The notes under the pieces are model-generated. The model was given only the letters and a program-made list of their open reading frames with translations, made no database searches and was not told where the DNA came from. This document shows positions 1 through 10,400 of a stretch of 64,000 nt of DNA, in pieces. Where the stretch lies: NCBI GenBank assembly GCA_000433475.1, contig HF993083.1, forward strand, positions 10,919-74,918, given 5' to 3'. This DNA is from Mycoplasma sp. CAG:956 (GTDB lineage Bacteria; Bacillota_I; Bacilli_A; RF39; UBA660). Position numbers and translations under genes: made by a program. The number at the start of each line of letters is the position of its first letter. The first letter of the stretch is position 1.

Positions 1-688
1 TCAAGCTGGGGTGGCTTCCCGAAGAAAAGCAGAAGAGTTAATAGTTAACGGTAAAGTTACTGTTAATGGTAGTGTTGTTAGAGAACTTGGAACTAAAGTA
101 AGTGGAACTGATATTATTACAGTAAATGGTCGTCAACTTACTAAAGAAAGTTATGAGTACTATTTACTAAATAAGCCAAGAGGATATATTTGTAGTCTTA
201 ATGATGAATTTAATCGTAATATTGTAACTGAGTTGATTGCTACTGATAAGAGAATTTATCCAGTAGGTCGTCTTGATTATGATACAACAGGTTTAATTAT
301 TTTAACTAACGACGGTACTTTAGCTAATATTTTAATGCATCCAAAGAATAAAGTTGAAAAAACTTATATAGCCAAAATAGAAGGTAATTTAACAATGGAA
401 GAGTTACATAAGCTTAAAACTGGTATTGTTGTTGATAAAATGCTTTGTAAACCAACTAGAGTTAAGATTAAGAAACATGACATTGTTAAATGTACAGATT
501 TAGTAGAAATAACAATTATGGAAGGACGTAATCATATTGTTAAGAATTTATTTAAAGCTGTTGGTCATGAAGTTGAAAAATTAAAACGTGAGAAATATGG
601 TTTCTTGGAATTAGGAAGTCTAAAATCTGGTGAATATCGTCCTTTAACAATTAAAGAAGTACATCGTTTGTATGCTTATAAAAAATAA
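1..688 (+). CDS. rluB: rRNA pseudouridine synthase, RsuA/RluB family (5' end runs off the window)
   Basis: S4-like N-terminus (AEELIVNGKVTVNG) followed by catalytic GRLDYDTTGLIILTNDG motif; frame is open to the window edge. Confidence 0.85.
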   Translation, partial: QAGVASRRKAEELIVNGKVTVNGSVVRELGTKVSGTDIITVNGRQLTKESYEYYLLNKPRGYICSLNDEFNRNIVTELIATDKRIYPVGRLDYDTTGLIILTNDGTLANILMHPKNKVEKTYIAKIEGNLTMEELHKLKTGIVVDKMLCKPTRVKIKKHDIVKCTDLVEITIMEGRNHIVKNLFKAVGHEVEKLKREKYGFLELGSLKSGEYRPLTIKEVHRLYAYKK

Positions 689-736
689 AGAGTTTAATGC
701 AGATGTTAAACTCTTTTTAGAAAGAATTTGATATTT

Positions 737-2890
737 ATGAAATATGAATTATTAGCGCCAGCTGGCGATATGGAATGTTTAAAATGGGCGATAGAAGGTG
801 GTTGTGATGCTATTTATTTAGGTGGTAATCATTTTGGGGCTAGGGCTTATTCTAAGAATTTTTCTGATGAAGAATTGGCTGAGGCAATAAAATATGCCCA
901 TCGTTATGGTGTTAAAGTTTATTTAACTTGCAATACTTTAATTTATGACGAAGAAGTAGAAGAATTTTTAAAATTTGTTCGTTTTGCTCATCAAAATGGT
1001 ATTGATGCGGTTTTAATTCAAGACCTTGGTATGTATGATTTAGTTCATCAAAAGTTTCCTGATTTAGAAATTCATGCTTCTACTCAAATGCATATTCATA
1101 ATTTAGAAGGTGCTTTAGTAGCTAAAAAATTGGGCTTTAAAAGGATAGTATTAGCTCGCGAAACTGATATTGATACGATTAAAGAAATTAAAGAACAAAC
1201 AGGACTTGATGTTGAAGTATTTGTTCATGGGTCTTTATGTGTATCTTATTCTGGACAATGTCTATTTTCTAGTTTAGTTGGTGGTCGTAGTGGTAATCGT
1301 GGGGCTTGTGCTGGTTCTTGTCGTCTACCTTATGATATCGTTGATAAAAATAGCGAAGTGTTAAATGATACAAAAAAATATCCTTTATCAATGAAAGACT
1401 TATGCGCTATTGCAAGTATTGGCAAATTAATGGATATAGGAGTTAATTCTTTTAAGATTGAAGGAAGAATGAAATCAAAAGAATATGTTTATTTAGTTAC
1501 TAAACTTTATCGTAAAGCTATAGATAGTTATTTAGATAATAAAAAAGTAACTATCGATTATGAAATTTTAGATAAATTAAAGAAAGTATTTAATCGTGAA
1601 TATACTTTAGGGTTCTTAAATAATGTTAATAATAATGATGTAATAAATGGTAAACAACCTAATAATGTAGGAGTTAAAATAGGTAAAGTAGTTAAACTTA
1701 CAAAGACTAATGCTTTAATAAAATTAGAGGATGAATTACATATTAATGACGGTTTAAGAATAAAAGGACCAGATGGAGAAATTGGCACCATTGTAAATGA
1801 TTTTTATTTACAAGGTAATCTGGTAAAAGAAGCAAGACCTGGTATGGTAATTAGTTTACCTATTTGGAAGAAACCTAATGTTGGGGATGACGTATTTCTT
1901 ACTTCTTCTAAATATATTGGGGATTGTATTGCAAGTGATATAGAAAATAATCCAAGAAATGTAATGCTTAATGGTAGTATTACTTTACATAAAAATGAAA
2001 AAATTATATTTAAAGTAACTGATGGTTTAAATGTTATTACACTTACAGGACCCGTTGTTGATATAGCTAAAAACAGACCTTTAACTAAAGAAACTATCTT
2101 AGAAAAATTAACTAAATTGGGAGGAACTGTCTATAAATTTAATAAGCTTGATTGTATTTTAGATGATGATATATTTGTACCTTTAACAGCTCTTAATGAG
2201 TTAAGAAGAGAAACTGTAGATAATTTAAATTCTAAAAGAGAAAATATTCCTGAGACAATAGTAGAAAAGGAATATATTAGAAAAGTACCAGAGTTTAAAA
2301 AAGAAAACTCTATTAATGCTTGTGTTTTTAAAGATAGTGATATCGATAATGAATCTAAATATCAAAATATTTATTCTTATCAAGAAGATACTAAGTATTT
2401 AGAGGCATTACCAAATGTAATAAACAAATATTCAAGTGATTTAAAAAATTTATCTTTAAAACCAATTTTAGTTGGGGAGATATGTGGTTTAAATTTAGTT
2501 AATATTCATACTGATTACAGCTTAAATGTTGTTAACTCTTATACAGTTGCTTTTTTACATAGTTTAGGAGTTAAAAAGATAACATTATCTTATGAAATGA
2601 CAAGAAGTCAAATAAAGACTTTAATTGATAAATACCAAGAAAGATATGGATGTTTTCCTAATATCGAAGTAATTGTTTATGGTTATATTAAGATTATGAC
2701 TTTGAAATATAATTTATTAAGTGATTATAAAGAAGCTGTTTATTTGAAAGATAGATTTAATAATAATTATCGAATAAAAATGTTTAATAATTTAACGGAA
2801 ATTTATTATTCTAAAATATTAGATAATAGAAATATTGATTATTTTAGTATTGGAGTTAACCATATTAGATATAACCTTTACAAATTTTAA
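737..2890 (+). CDS. Peptidase U32 family protein (long form)
   Basis: MKYELLAPAG start at ATG 737 (track ORF starts at upstream TTG 728); U32 signature-like EVFVHGSLCVSYSGQCLFS and GNRGACAGSCR. Confidence 0.8.
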   Translation: MKYELLAPAGDMECLKWAIEGGCDAIYLGGNHFGARAYSKNFSDEELAEAIKYAHRYGVKVYLTCNTLIYDEEVEEFLKFVRFAHQNGIDAVLIQDLGMYDLVHQKFPDLEIHASTQMHIHNLEGALVAKKLGFKRIVLARETDIDTIKEIKEQTGLDVEVFVHGSLCVSYSGQCLFSSLVGGRSGNRGACAGSCRLPYDIVDKNSEVLNDTKKYPLSMKDLCAIASIGKLMDIGVNSFKIEGRMKSKEYVYLVTKLYRKAIDSYLDNKKVTIDYEILDKLKKVFNREYTLGFLNNVNNNDVINGKQPNNVGVKIGKVVKLTKTNALIKLEDELHINDGLRIKGPDGEIGTIVNDFYLQGNLVKEARPGMVISLPIWKKPNVGDDVFLTSSKYIGDCIASDIENNPRNVMLNGSITLHKNEKIIFKVTDGLNVITLTGPVVDIAKNRPLTKETILEKLTKLGGTVYKFNKLDCILDDDIFVPLTALNELRRETVDNLNSKRENIPETIVEKEYIRKVPEFKKENSINACVFKDSDIDNESKYQNIYSYQEDTKYLEALPNVINKYSSDLKNLSLKPILVGEICGLNLVNIHTDYSLNVVNSYTVAFLHSLGVKKITLSYEMTRSQIKTLIDKYQERYGCFPNIEVIVYGYIKIMTLKYNLLSDYKEAVYLKDRFNNNYRIKMFNNLTEIYYSKILDNRNIDYFSIGVNHIRYNLYKF

Positions 2891-2938
2891 GAAAAAAGAT
2901 ACAATGTTGATATAACTTATTAGTAAGGAAGTTTAATT

Positions 2939-4174
2939 ATGTGGCAAGCAATTTATTATATATTTTTTACTTTAACACTGTTTTATGGACTTTATTATTC
3001 TTTAACAGGACTATATGGTTTTTTAAAACCAAAGAAATTTAAGATAGTACCTTTTGAAGCAGAGAAGAAGTTTGCTATTGTTATAGCGGCTCGTAATGAA
3101 GAAGCTGTTGTTGGTAATTTAGTAAAATCAGTTCTAGATTCTAATTATCCTAGGGATTTATTTGAAGTTTATGTGGCTGTTAATAATACTACTGATAATA
3201 CAGCAAAAGTTGCTAAAGAAGCTGGTGCTATTGTTATTGATGTTAAAGAAAAAGTTAAATCAAAAGGTGAAGTTTTGCGATATGTTTTTAAAAAGTTAAG
3301 AAATCGTAAAGATATTGATGCTTATATTATTTTTGATGCAGATAATATTATTCATCCTGATTTTTTAGCACGTATGAATGATACTTTATGTTGTGGTTAT
3401 CGTGTTGCTCAAGGTTTTAGAGATAGCAAAAATATTAGTGATAACTGGATAAGTGGTTCTTATTCGTTATATTATTACATGCAAAATTTCTTTTTTAGTA
3501 AAGCTCGTATGACAATGAATCAAAATGCTTCCATTAACGGAACTGGTTTCATGGTTAAAAAAGAATTGATTGATGAAATGGGCTTTCCTACCCAAACTTT
3601 AACAGAAGATATTGAGTTTACTGCTTTGTGTGCATTGAGAGATGAAAGAATTGCTTTTGTTGAAAATGCTGTTACTTATGATGAACAACCAGTTGAATTT
3701 AAAGCTTCTTGGAAACAGAGAAAAAGATGGTCTGTTGGTTGTTTACAGTGTTTAAAACTTTATTGGAAGGATTTGCTTGGACACTTCTTTAAAACAGGAA
3801 GTCAGCCTTCTTTTGATATGTTTATGAATTTTGTTGCACCAGTAGTTCAAGTAATTTGTCTTGTTGAATTTGTTGCTTTAATTTTCTTTAGAATATTTAA
3901 TATTCGTCTTTACGATATATTCTCATCTCTATTCTCAAGTGGGGCTGTATTTATGATATTAACTTATGTTAGTGGTGTTGTTGTTAGTATCTTCATTTTG
4001 AAATATAATAAAAGAAAGGCTAAAAATCTTTTGAGTGCGATTGCTTTATTTGCGGTTTTCATTTTAACTTGGATACCAATTAATGTAGTATGTCTATTTA
4101 CTAAAGATATGAAATGGGAAGAAATTAAGCATAATCGTGGTATTGCCTCAAATGAGATGAAGTTTAATAAATAA
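2939..4174 (+). CDS. Membrane glycosyltransferase family 2, processive type
   Basis: N-terminal TM, IFDADN (DxD), TEDIEFT, QRKRW motif, C-terminal TM bundle. Confidence 0.75.
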   Translation: MWQAIYYIFFTLTLFYGLYYSLTGLYGFLKPKKFKIVPFEAEKKFAIVIAARNEEAVVGNLVKSVLDSNYPRDLFEVYVAVNNTTDNTAKVAKEAGAIVIDVKEKVKSKGEVLRYVFKKLRNRKDIDAYIIFDADNIIHPDFLARMNDTLCCGYRVAQGFRDSKNISDNWISGSYSLYYYMQNFFFSKARMTMNQNASINGTGFMVKKELIDEMGFPTQTLTEDIEFTALCALRDERIAFVENAVTYDEQPVEFKASWKQRKRWSVGCLQCLKLYWKDLLGHFFKTGSQPSFDMFMNFVAPVVQVICLVEFVALIFFRIFNIRLYDIFSSLFSSGAVFMILTYVSGVVVSIFILKYNKRKAKNLLSAIALFAVFILTWIPINVVCLFTKDMKWEEIKHNRGIASNEMKFNK

Positions 4175-4398
4175 TGTTAGTTAATGTTAATAAAAAATTA
4201 ATGCTTGATGATTATGAGATAGGTGTTTTGAAAAAATATAATATTGATATTAGTAATTGTAATAATTTAAGAGAAGTTACTTTATTAGTCGAACATTTTA
4301 TGGATAATTATGAACTTGATAGTGAAGAATTAGATGAATTAGATTATATTTTAGAAAGATTACAAGAAAGAAATTACTATCAAAATACAAATAAATAA
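4174..4398 (+). CDS. Small acidic hypothetical protein, start overlaps GT2 stop by 1 nt (taATG)
   Basis: 74-codon ORF translationally coupled to the GT2 gene; no recognisable motif. Confidence 0.4.
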   Translation: MLVNVNKKLMLDDYEIGVLKKYNIDISNCNNLREVTLLVEHFMDNYELDSEELDELDYILERLQERNYYQNTNK

Positions 4399-4601
4399 CT
4401 TAGTAGTACTTAGTGTAAATTAAAATAGATAATAATTTTCTTGATGAAAACTATAGGAACATAGGACAAAAAAAGTAAGAAATAATACCTTTTAGAGGTG
4501 TTATTTTTTTTAATATATGATAGTATATTAATTGCACAAGTAAATACTTAATTTTTAAAATTAAAAATGATATACTAAAGATAGTAAAGGGTGGTGATAT
4601 T

Positions 4602-7484
4602 ATGAAGTATAGTCCTTTAGGAATAAAGTCTGAATATACTTTGTTAACAAGTTTAATTAAAATAAGTGATCTAATTAACTTTGCTATGCAAAATAATATT
4701 ACTACCATTGGTCTTTTAGATGATAATTTAAATGGGGTAATGGAGTTTTATGATACCTGTTTGTTAAATAATATAAAGCCTGTAATTGGTTTAAAAGTGA
4801 GTATCAATGATAATATTTATTATCTTTATGCTAAGAATTATCAAGGCTATTTAGAGTTAGTTAAGATAAATAATAAGATAGTTTTAGAAGAAAGCGTATC
4901 TCTTAGTGATTTAAGAAGTTCTGATATTTATGTAGTTATTCCCTATGAATTTAAAGGAAACTATGAAGAGTTAAAAAACATTAAAAATATTAATGATATA
5001 TATATTGCTTATACTAATTTAGAGGAAAAAAAGAACTTGAGTTTGGTTACTTCCAATATACTATTTATTAAAGAAATAAGATGTTTTAATTCTGGTGATA
5101 CAGTTTATCTAGAATATTTAAAAAAAATTGGTGATAATGATTTTGAAACGTTTAATACAGCTTATGAAAATGACAATATAAATAATGATGATATAGAAAG
5201 ACTAAATAAATTTATTAGTACTATTGATATTAAAATGGATAAATCGAAACGATATATTCCTGTATTTAATAAAGATACTAATAGTAAAACTTATCTTTAT
5301 AATTTAGCTTTTTTAGGACTTAAAAAGAGATTTAATAATAAAGTTAGTGATAATTATATAAAGAGGTTAAATTATGAATTAGATGTCATTGATAAGATGG
5401 GATTTAATGATTACTTTTTGATTGTTTATGATTATGTTAAATATGCGAAGAAAAATGATATTTTAGTAGGACCAGGTCGTGGGTCAGCAGCAGGAGCTTT
5501 AGTAAGTTATTGTTTAGGAATAACTAATATTGACCCATTAAAATATAATTTGCTTTTTGAGCGTTTCTTAAATAAAGATAGAGTAACAATGCCTGATATT
5601 GATATTGACTTCGAAGATATAAGACGTGAAGATATGATAAGCTATGTTAGAGGAAAATATGGTTTATATAATGTTGCACCAATTACAACTTATGGCACTT
5701 TGCAGGCTAGACAAGTTATTAGAGATGTTAGTAAGTATATAATTGTTGATGATAAATTAATTGATACTTTTGTTAGTAATATTAATTCTAAATTGAGTTT
5801 AAAAGAAAATTTACAAAATCCAGTAATTAATAAAATGTTAAAAGAAAATGGTGTTCTACAAAGAATTTATAAGGTTGCTATGAAATTAGAAGGATTAAAA
5901 CGTCATATGTCAGTACACGCCGCTGGGGTTGTTATTTCTTCTGTTTCTTTAAAAGATGTTATGCCTGTTGTTAAGACTACAAGTGGAATTAATACGGGAC
6001 TAACTATGAATTATTTGGAAGAATTAGGATTCTTAAAAATGGATTTTTTAGCTTTATCTAATTTAACATTTATTCATAATATTTTAAGAAATTTACCAAG
6101 TAATTTTAATCTTTATAATATTCCATTAGATGATAAAGAAACATTTGACTTATTCTGTGAAGTTAACACAGATGGTATATTTCAGTTTGAATCTACGGGA
6201 ATGAAAGAATTCTTAAGAAAATTACAACCTAAGAACTTTAACGATTTATATGCAGCAGTAGCCTTATTTAGACCAGGACCAATGGATAATATTAATATTT
6301 TTATTGAAAGAAAAAATGGTGCTGATGTAACCTATATAGTTCCTGAGTTAGAACCAATTTTAAAAGAAACTTATGGTATTATTGTTTATCAAGAACAAAT
6401 TATGCAAATCTTAGTAACTATGGCAGGTTTTAGTTTTGCACAGGCTGATAATATAAGACGTGCTATGAGTAAAAAGAAAAAAGAAGTAATTGAAAAGGAA
6501 AGAATAAACTTTATTACTTCTGCTGTTAAAAAAGGTTATAATGAGACAAAGGCAGTTGAAGTCTACAATTTAATATTAAAATTTGCTAATTATGGCTTTA
6601 ATAAGGCTCACTCTGTAAGTTACGCTTTAATTGGTTATCAAATGGCTTATTTAAAAGTTCATTATAAAGAAGTATTTTTAGCTAATTTACTTAATATGAC
6701 TATAACTAATAGTAAGAAAACTGAGGATTATTTAAATATAGCTAAAAAAGATAATATAACTATTTTAGTACCTAATATTAATAAGAGTAAAGATGTTTAC
6801 TTGAGTAAGAATAATTATCTGTTGTTACCTTTAAGCATAATTAAAAATATTGGTAGTAATACGGTTAATTTAATTTTACAAGATAGAGAAGAAAATGGTT
6901 TATACATAGATTATTTTGATTTAGTTAGAAGATTTTATAAATTAGGAATTAAGAAAAATGCCATTGAAAGTTTAATTTATGCTAAAGCCCTAGATACTTT
7001 TAAGATAAATCATAAAACAATGATAAATATGTTAGATGAAGTGTTAAGATATGCTGAAGTTTGTGATAATTTAGATGTTTCTTTAGTAGAAAAGCCTATC
7101 TTGAAAATAGAAGATGAGTTTGATGATAAAACTTTAATGAATCAGGAATTAAATGTTTATGGATTTTATGTAAGTAATCACCCTGCTAGTAAATATAAGG
7201 CTAAGGATATAATAAAAATAAAAAATATAAAGGCTTACTTAGGTAAGAATGTTAAAATGGTTATATTGGTTAATGACATTAGGAAAATAAAAACGAAAAA
7301 AAATGAAGATATGGCTTTTATTAATGGAACTGATGAAACAGGTAGTATGGATTTTGTTGTTTTTCCCAAAAAAATTAATTACTTAGAAAATTTGAGTGTT
7401 GGCAGTTTAGTAGTAGTAATGGGAACGGTAGCTAGAAGAATTGATAAATATCAAATAAATATAAATGTAGTAAGGAGTATCTAA
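4602..7484 (+). CDS. dnaE: DNA polymerase III alpha subunit, DnaE type (short, 960 aa)
   Basis: GPGRGSAAGALVSYCLGIT, PDIDIDF, FRPGPM, YGFNKAHS motifs and C-terminal OB fold; RBS aaagggtgg before ATG. Confidence 0.9.
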   Translation: MKYSPLGIKSEYTLLTSLIKISDLINFAMQNNITTIGLLDDNLNGVMEFYDTCLLNNIKPVIGLKVSINDNIYYLYAKNYQGYLELVKINNKIVLEESVSLSDLRSSDIYVVIPYEFKGNYEELKNIKNINDIYIAYTNLEEKKNLSLVTSNILFIKEIRCFNSGDTVYLEYLKKIGDNDFETFNTAYENDNINNDDIERLNKFISTIDIKMDKSKRYIPVFNKDTNSKTYLYNLAFLGLKKRFNNKVSDNYIKRLNYELDVIDKMGFNDYFLIVYDYVKYAKKNDILVGPGRGSAAGALVSYCLGITNIDPLKYNLLFERFLNKDRVTMPDIDIDFEDIRREDMISYVRGKYGLYNVAPITTYGTLQARQVIRDVSKYIIVDDKLIDTFVSNINSKLSLKENLQNPVINKMLKENGVLQRIYKVAMKLEGLKRHMSVHAAGVVISSVSLKDVMPVVKTTSGINTGLTMNYLEELGFLKMDFLALSNLTFIHNILRNLPSNFNLYNIPLDDKETFDLFCEVNTDGIFQFESTGMKEFLRKLQPKNFNDLYAAVALFRPGPMDNINIFIERKNGADVTYIVPELEPILKETYGIIVYQEQIMQILVTMAGFSFAQADNIRRAMSKKKKEVIEKERINFITSAVKKGYNETKAVEVYNLILKFANYGFNKAHSVSYALIGYQMAYLKVHYKEVFLANLLNMTITNSKKTEDYLNIAKKDNITILVPNINKSKDVYLSKNNYLLLPLSIIKNIGSNTVNLILQDREENGLYIDYFDLVRRFYKLGIKKNAIESLIYAKALDTFKINHKTMINMLDEVLRYAEVCDNLDVSLVEKPILKIEDEFDDKTLMNQELNVYGFYVSNHPASKYKAKDIIKIKNIKAYLGKNVKMVILVNDIRKIKTKKNEDMAFINGTDETGSMDFVVFPKKINYLENLSVGSLVVVMGTVARRIDKYQININVVRSI

Positions 7485-7485
7485 G

Positions 7486-10400
7486 ATGAGTAGTGAAGAA
7501 TTGTTTTTTCAAAGCCTAGGAATAAATGATTTAAAAGTTTATCAAAACTATAAGATAAAAGAAGTTTTATTAGATGAGAAAAAACGAGAATTTAATGTAA
7601 CTATGATAGTTCCAAATGATTTAATTTTTCAAGATGTTGATAAATTATATCAAGCTTGTAAAAGAGGAATTAATGGAAATATTAAAGTTAATTTAACTGT
7701 TGAAAGTAATATTACAGATAAAGATAAAATAATTAGTATATTTAGATATGTTTTAAATAATTATATAAGTACGAAACCTTCTTTAAGTGGGATAATAGAT
7801 AATAATATTACTATGGATGATGATATTATTATTGTCGAAGTTAATACAAAAATAGAAGAAAAATCTGTATTAGAAGGAGTAAAAAGTTTATTAAATAGAC
7901 TTAGTTTTTATGGAATTAAAGATGTTAATATTACTACAACTGTAAATGTAGAAAAGCAAGAAGAAATTAAAAAGTTAATGGAATCTAGTCATGAAGAACA
8001 AGTAGTAAAAGAAGTATCACCGGTATTTTTAGGTAAACATATTGATGGTGATATTATGGAAATTAATGATATAATGGGTGATACTAAAAATGTTATTGTA
8101 GAAGCTTTTATCTTTGGGGAGATTACTACTTTAGAAAAAGAAACTATTAATATTATTACTCTTAAAGTTAGTGATAAGACAAATAGTATTTTAGCTAAAA
8201 TTTTTAAAAAAGATCATGATGAATTTAGTGAAGTTATGGATAATTTAAAGGCTGGTAATTGGTATCGTATCCATGGTAATGTTGAGTTTGATACTTTTGC
8301 GAAAGAATTAGTTTTAAAAGTCCGTAATATGGAAAAAATAGCTTCTAAAGAAAATAAGGTTAAAGATGATGCCGAAGTTAAGAGAGTGGAATTGCATACG
8401 CATACAATGATGAGTGCCATGGATGCAGTTATTCCGGCTGAAGCATTAGTAAAATATGCTTATAATTTGGGACACAGAGCTATTGCAGTAACCGATCACA
8501 ACTGTGTTCAATCATTTCCAGAGCTATATCATACAGTTGAAAATATTAATAAAGGTAAAGATCCAAAAGACCATTTTAAAGTTTTATATGGTACAGAAAT
8601 TAATGTGGTTAATGATGATATTGATGTAGTATTTAATAATCGTGAGTATAATTTATTGGACCAAACTTATGTTGTCTTTGATACAGAAACAACTGGTTTT
8701 TATGCTGGTAGCGATCAAATGATTGAAATTGGGGCAGTTAAGATTAAGAATAATGAAATTTTAGACCGCTTTGATGAGTTAATTGATCCACATCGTCCCC
8801 TTCCTCAAAAGATTACAGATTTAACTTATATTACTGATGATATGTTAAGGGGCAAAGAAAACGAAGATGTTGTTACGAAGAAATTCTTAGATTGGGTAGG
8901 CGATTTGCCTTTAGTTGCTCATAATGCTAAGTTCGATATTTCATTTATGAAAGCAGCTTGTAATAAGTATAACTTAGGAGAGTTTAATGCGACAGTTTTA
9001 GATACTATGAGTATGGCTCGCATGTTACATCCAGATTGGCCAAATCATAAACTTAGTACTTTGACTAAAAAATTAAATATTCCTTGGGATGAAGATAAAC
9101 ACCACAGAGCTGATTATGATGCTGAAGGTACTGCTTATGCTTTTTATAAATTTTGTAAGGATTTTGACCAACAAAATATTTCTACTACTACTAAGTTAGT
9201 AAAAAGTATTGATACTGATAGTTTAGTTAAGTTTGCTTATCCATTTCATGCTACTATTATTGCTAAAGACCGTGGTGGTTTAAAGAATTTATTTAAAATT
9301 ATTAGTATGGCTAATACTAAATATCTTTATAAGAATGAACAGCCAAAGATTCCAAGACAAGAGATTTCTAAATTAAGAGAAGGTCTTATTATTGGTTCAG
9401 CTTGCATTAACAATGAAATATTTGAAAAAGCTGCTGGTATGGAAGATGAAGAACTTGTTAATATGATGAGTTTCTATGACTATATCGAGGTTCAACCTTT
9501 AAGTGTATTCTCACATTTAATAGGCATTGATCGTAAATTTAATAATGAAATTGAGGCTCAAAATTACTTAAAGAGAATTATTCGTGTTGCGAAAGAAGCT
9601 GGAAAACCAGTAGTAGCAACTGGTGATGTTCATAATTTAACAAAGGAAGATTTAATTTATCGTGAAATAATTGTTAATACAAAGTTCAATGGTAAGTTGC
9701 ATCCATTAAATCGTAAGGGCATGGCTGTTCCAAATATGTATTTAAAAACTACTAATGAAATGTTAGAAGAGTTTAACTTTTTAGATGAGGCAACAGCTTA
9801 TGAAATAGTTGTTACTAATCCAAATAGAATTGCTGATATGGTTAGTGAAATTGAAGTAATCATTGCAACACCAAAACCATTTGCACCAAAGATTCCTAAT
9901 TCGATTGAAACAATGACTGAGCTTGTTTATACTAAGGCAAGAAATTGGTATGGTGATGTTTTGCCTTATCATATTGAAGATAGACTTGCTAAGGAACTTT
10001 ATGGTGATTCTTTAAAAGAAGCAATAACTTATTATGTTAATAAAGATGAGTCGATTACCGATAAAGATAAAGAAATATTTGCTATTTTACATAAAACGAT
10101 TGTTGGTGGGTATGATTCAGTAAAAGATTATATTAAAGGTTATCTAAAAGATACTTTAGAAGAAGTACCTAATGATGAAGAGCTAGATAAAGAAGCTAAA
10201 AAGAAGTTAGGTGGTATCATCGGTGCTGGTTATGATGTTATTTACTTGATTGCTCAAAAGTTAGTTAAACACTCTAATGATGAAGGATTCTTAGTTGGGT
10301 CCCGTGGTTCCGTTGGTTCTTCATTTGTTGCTTGTATGATGGGGATAACTGAGGTTAACTCTTTGGCAGCTCATTATCGTTGTAGTAAATGCAAACTTAG

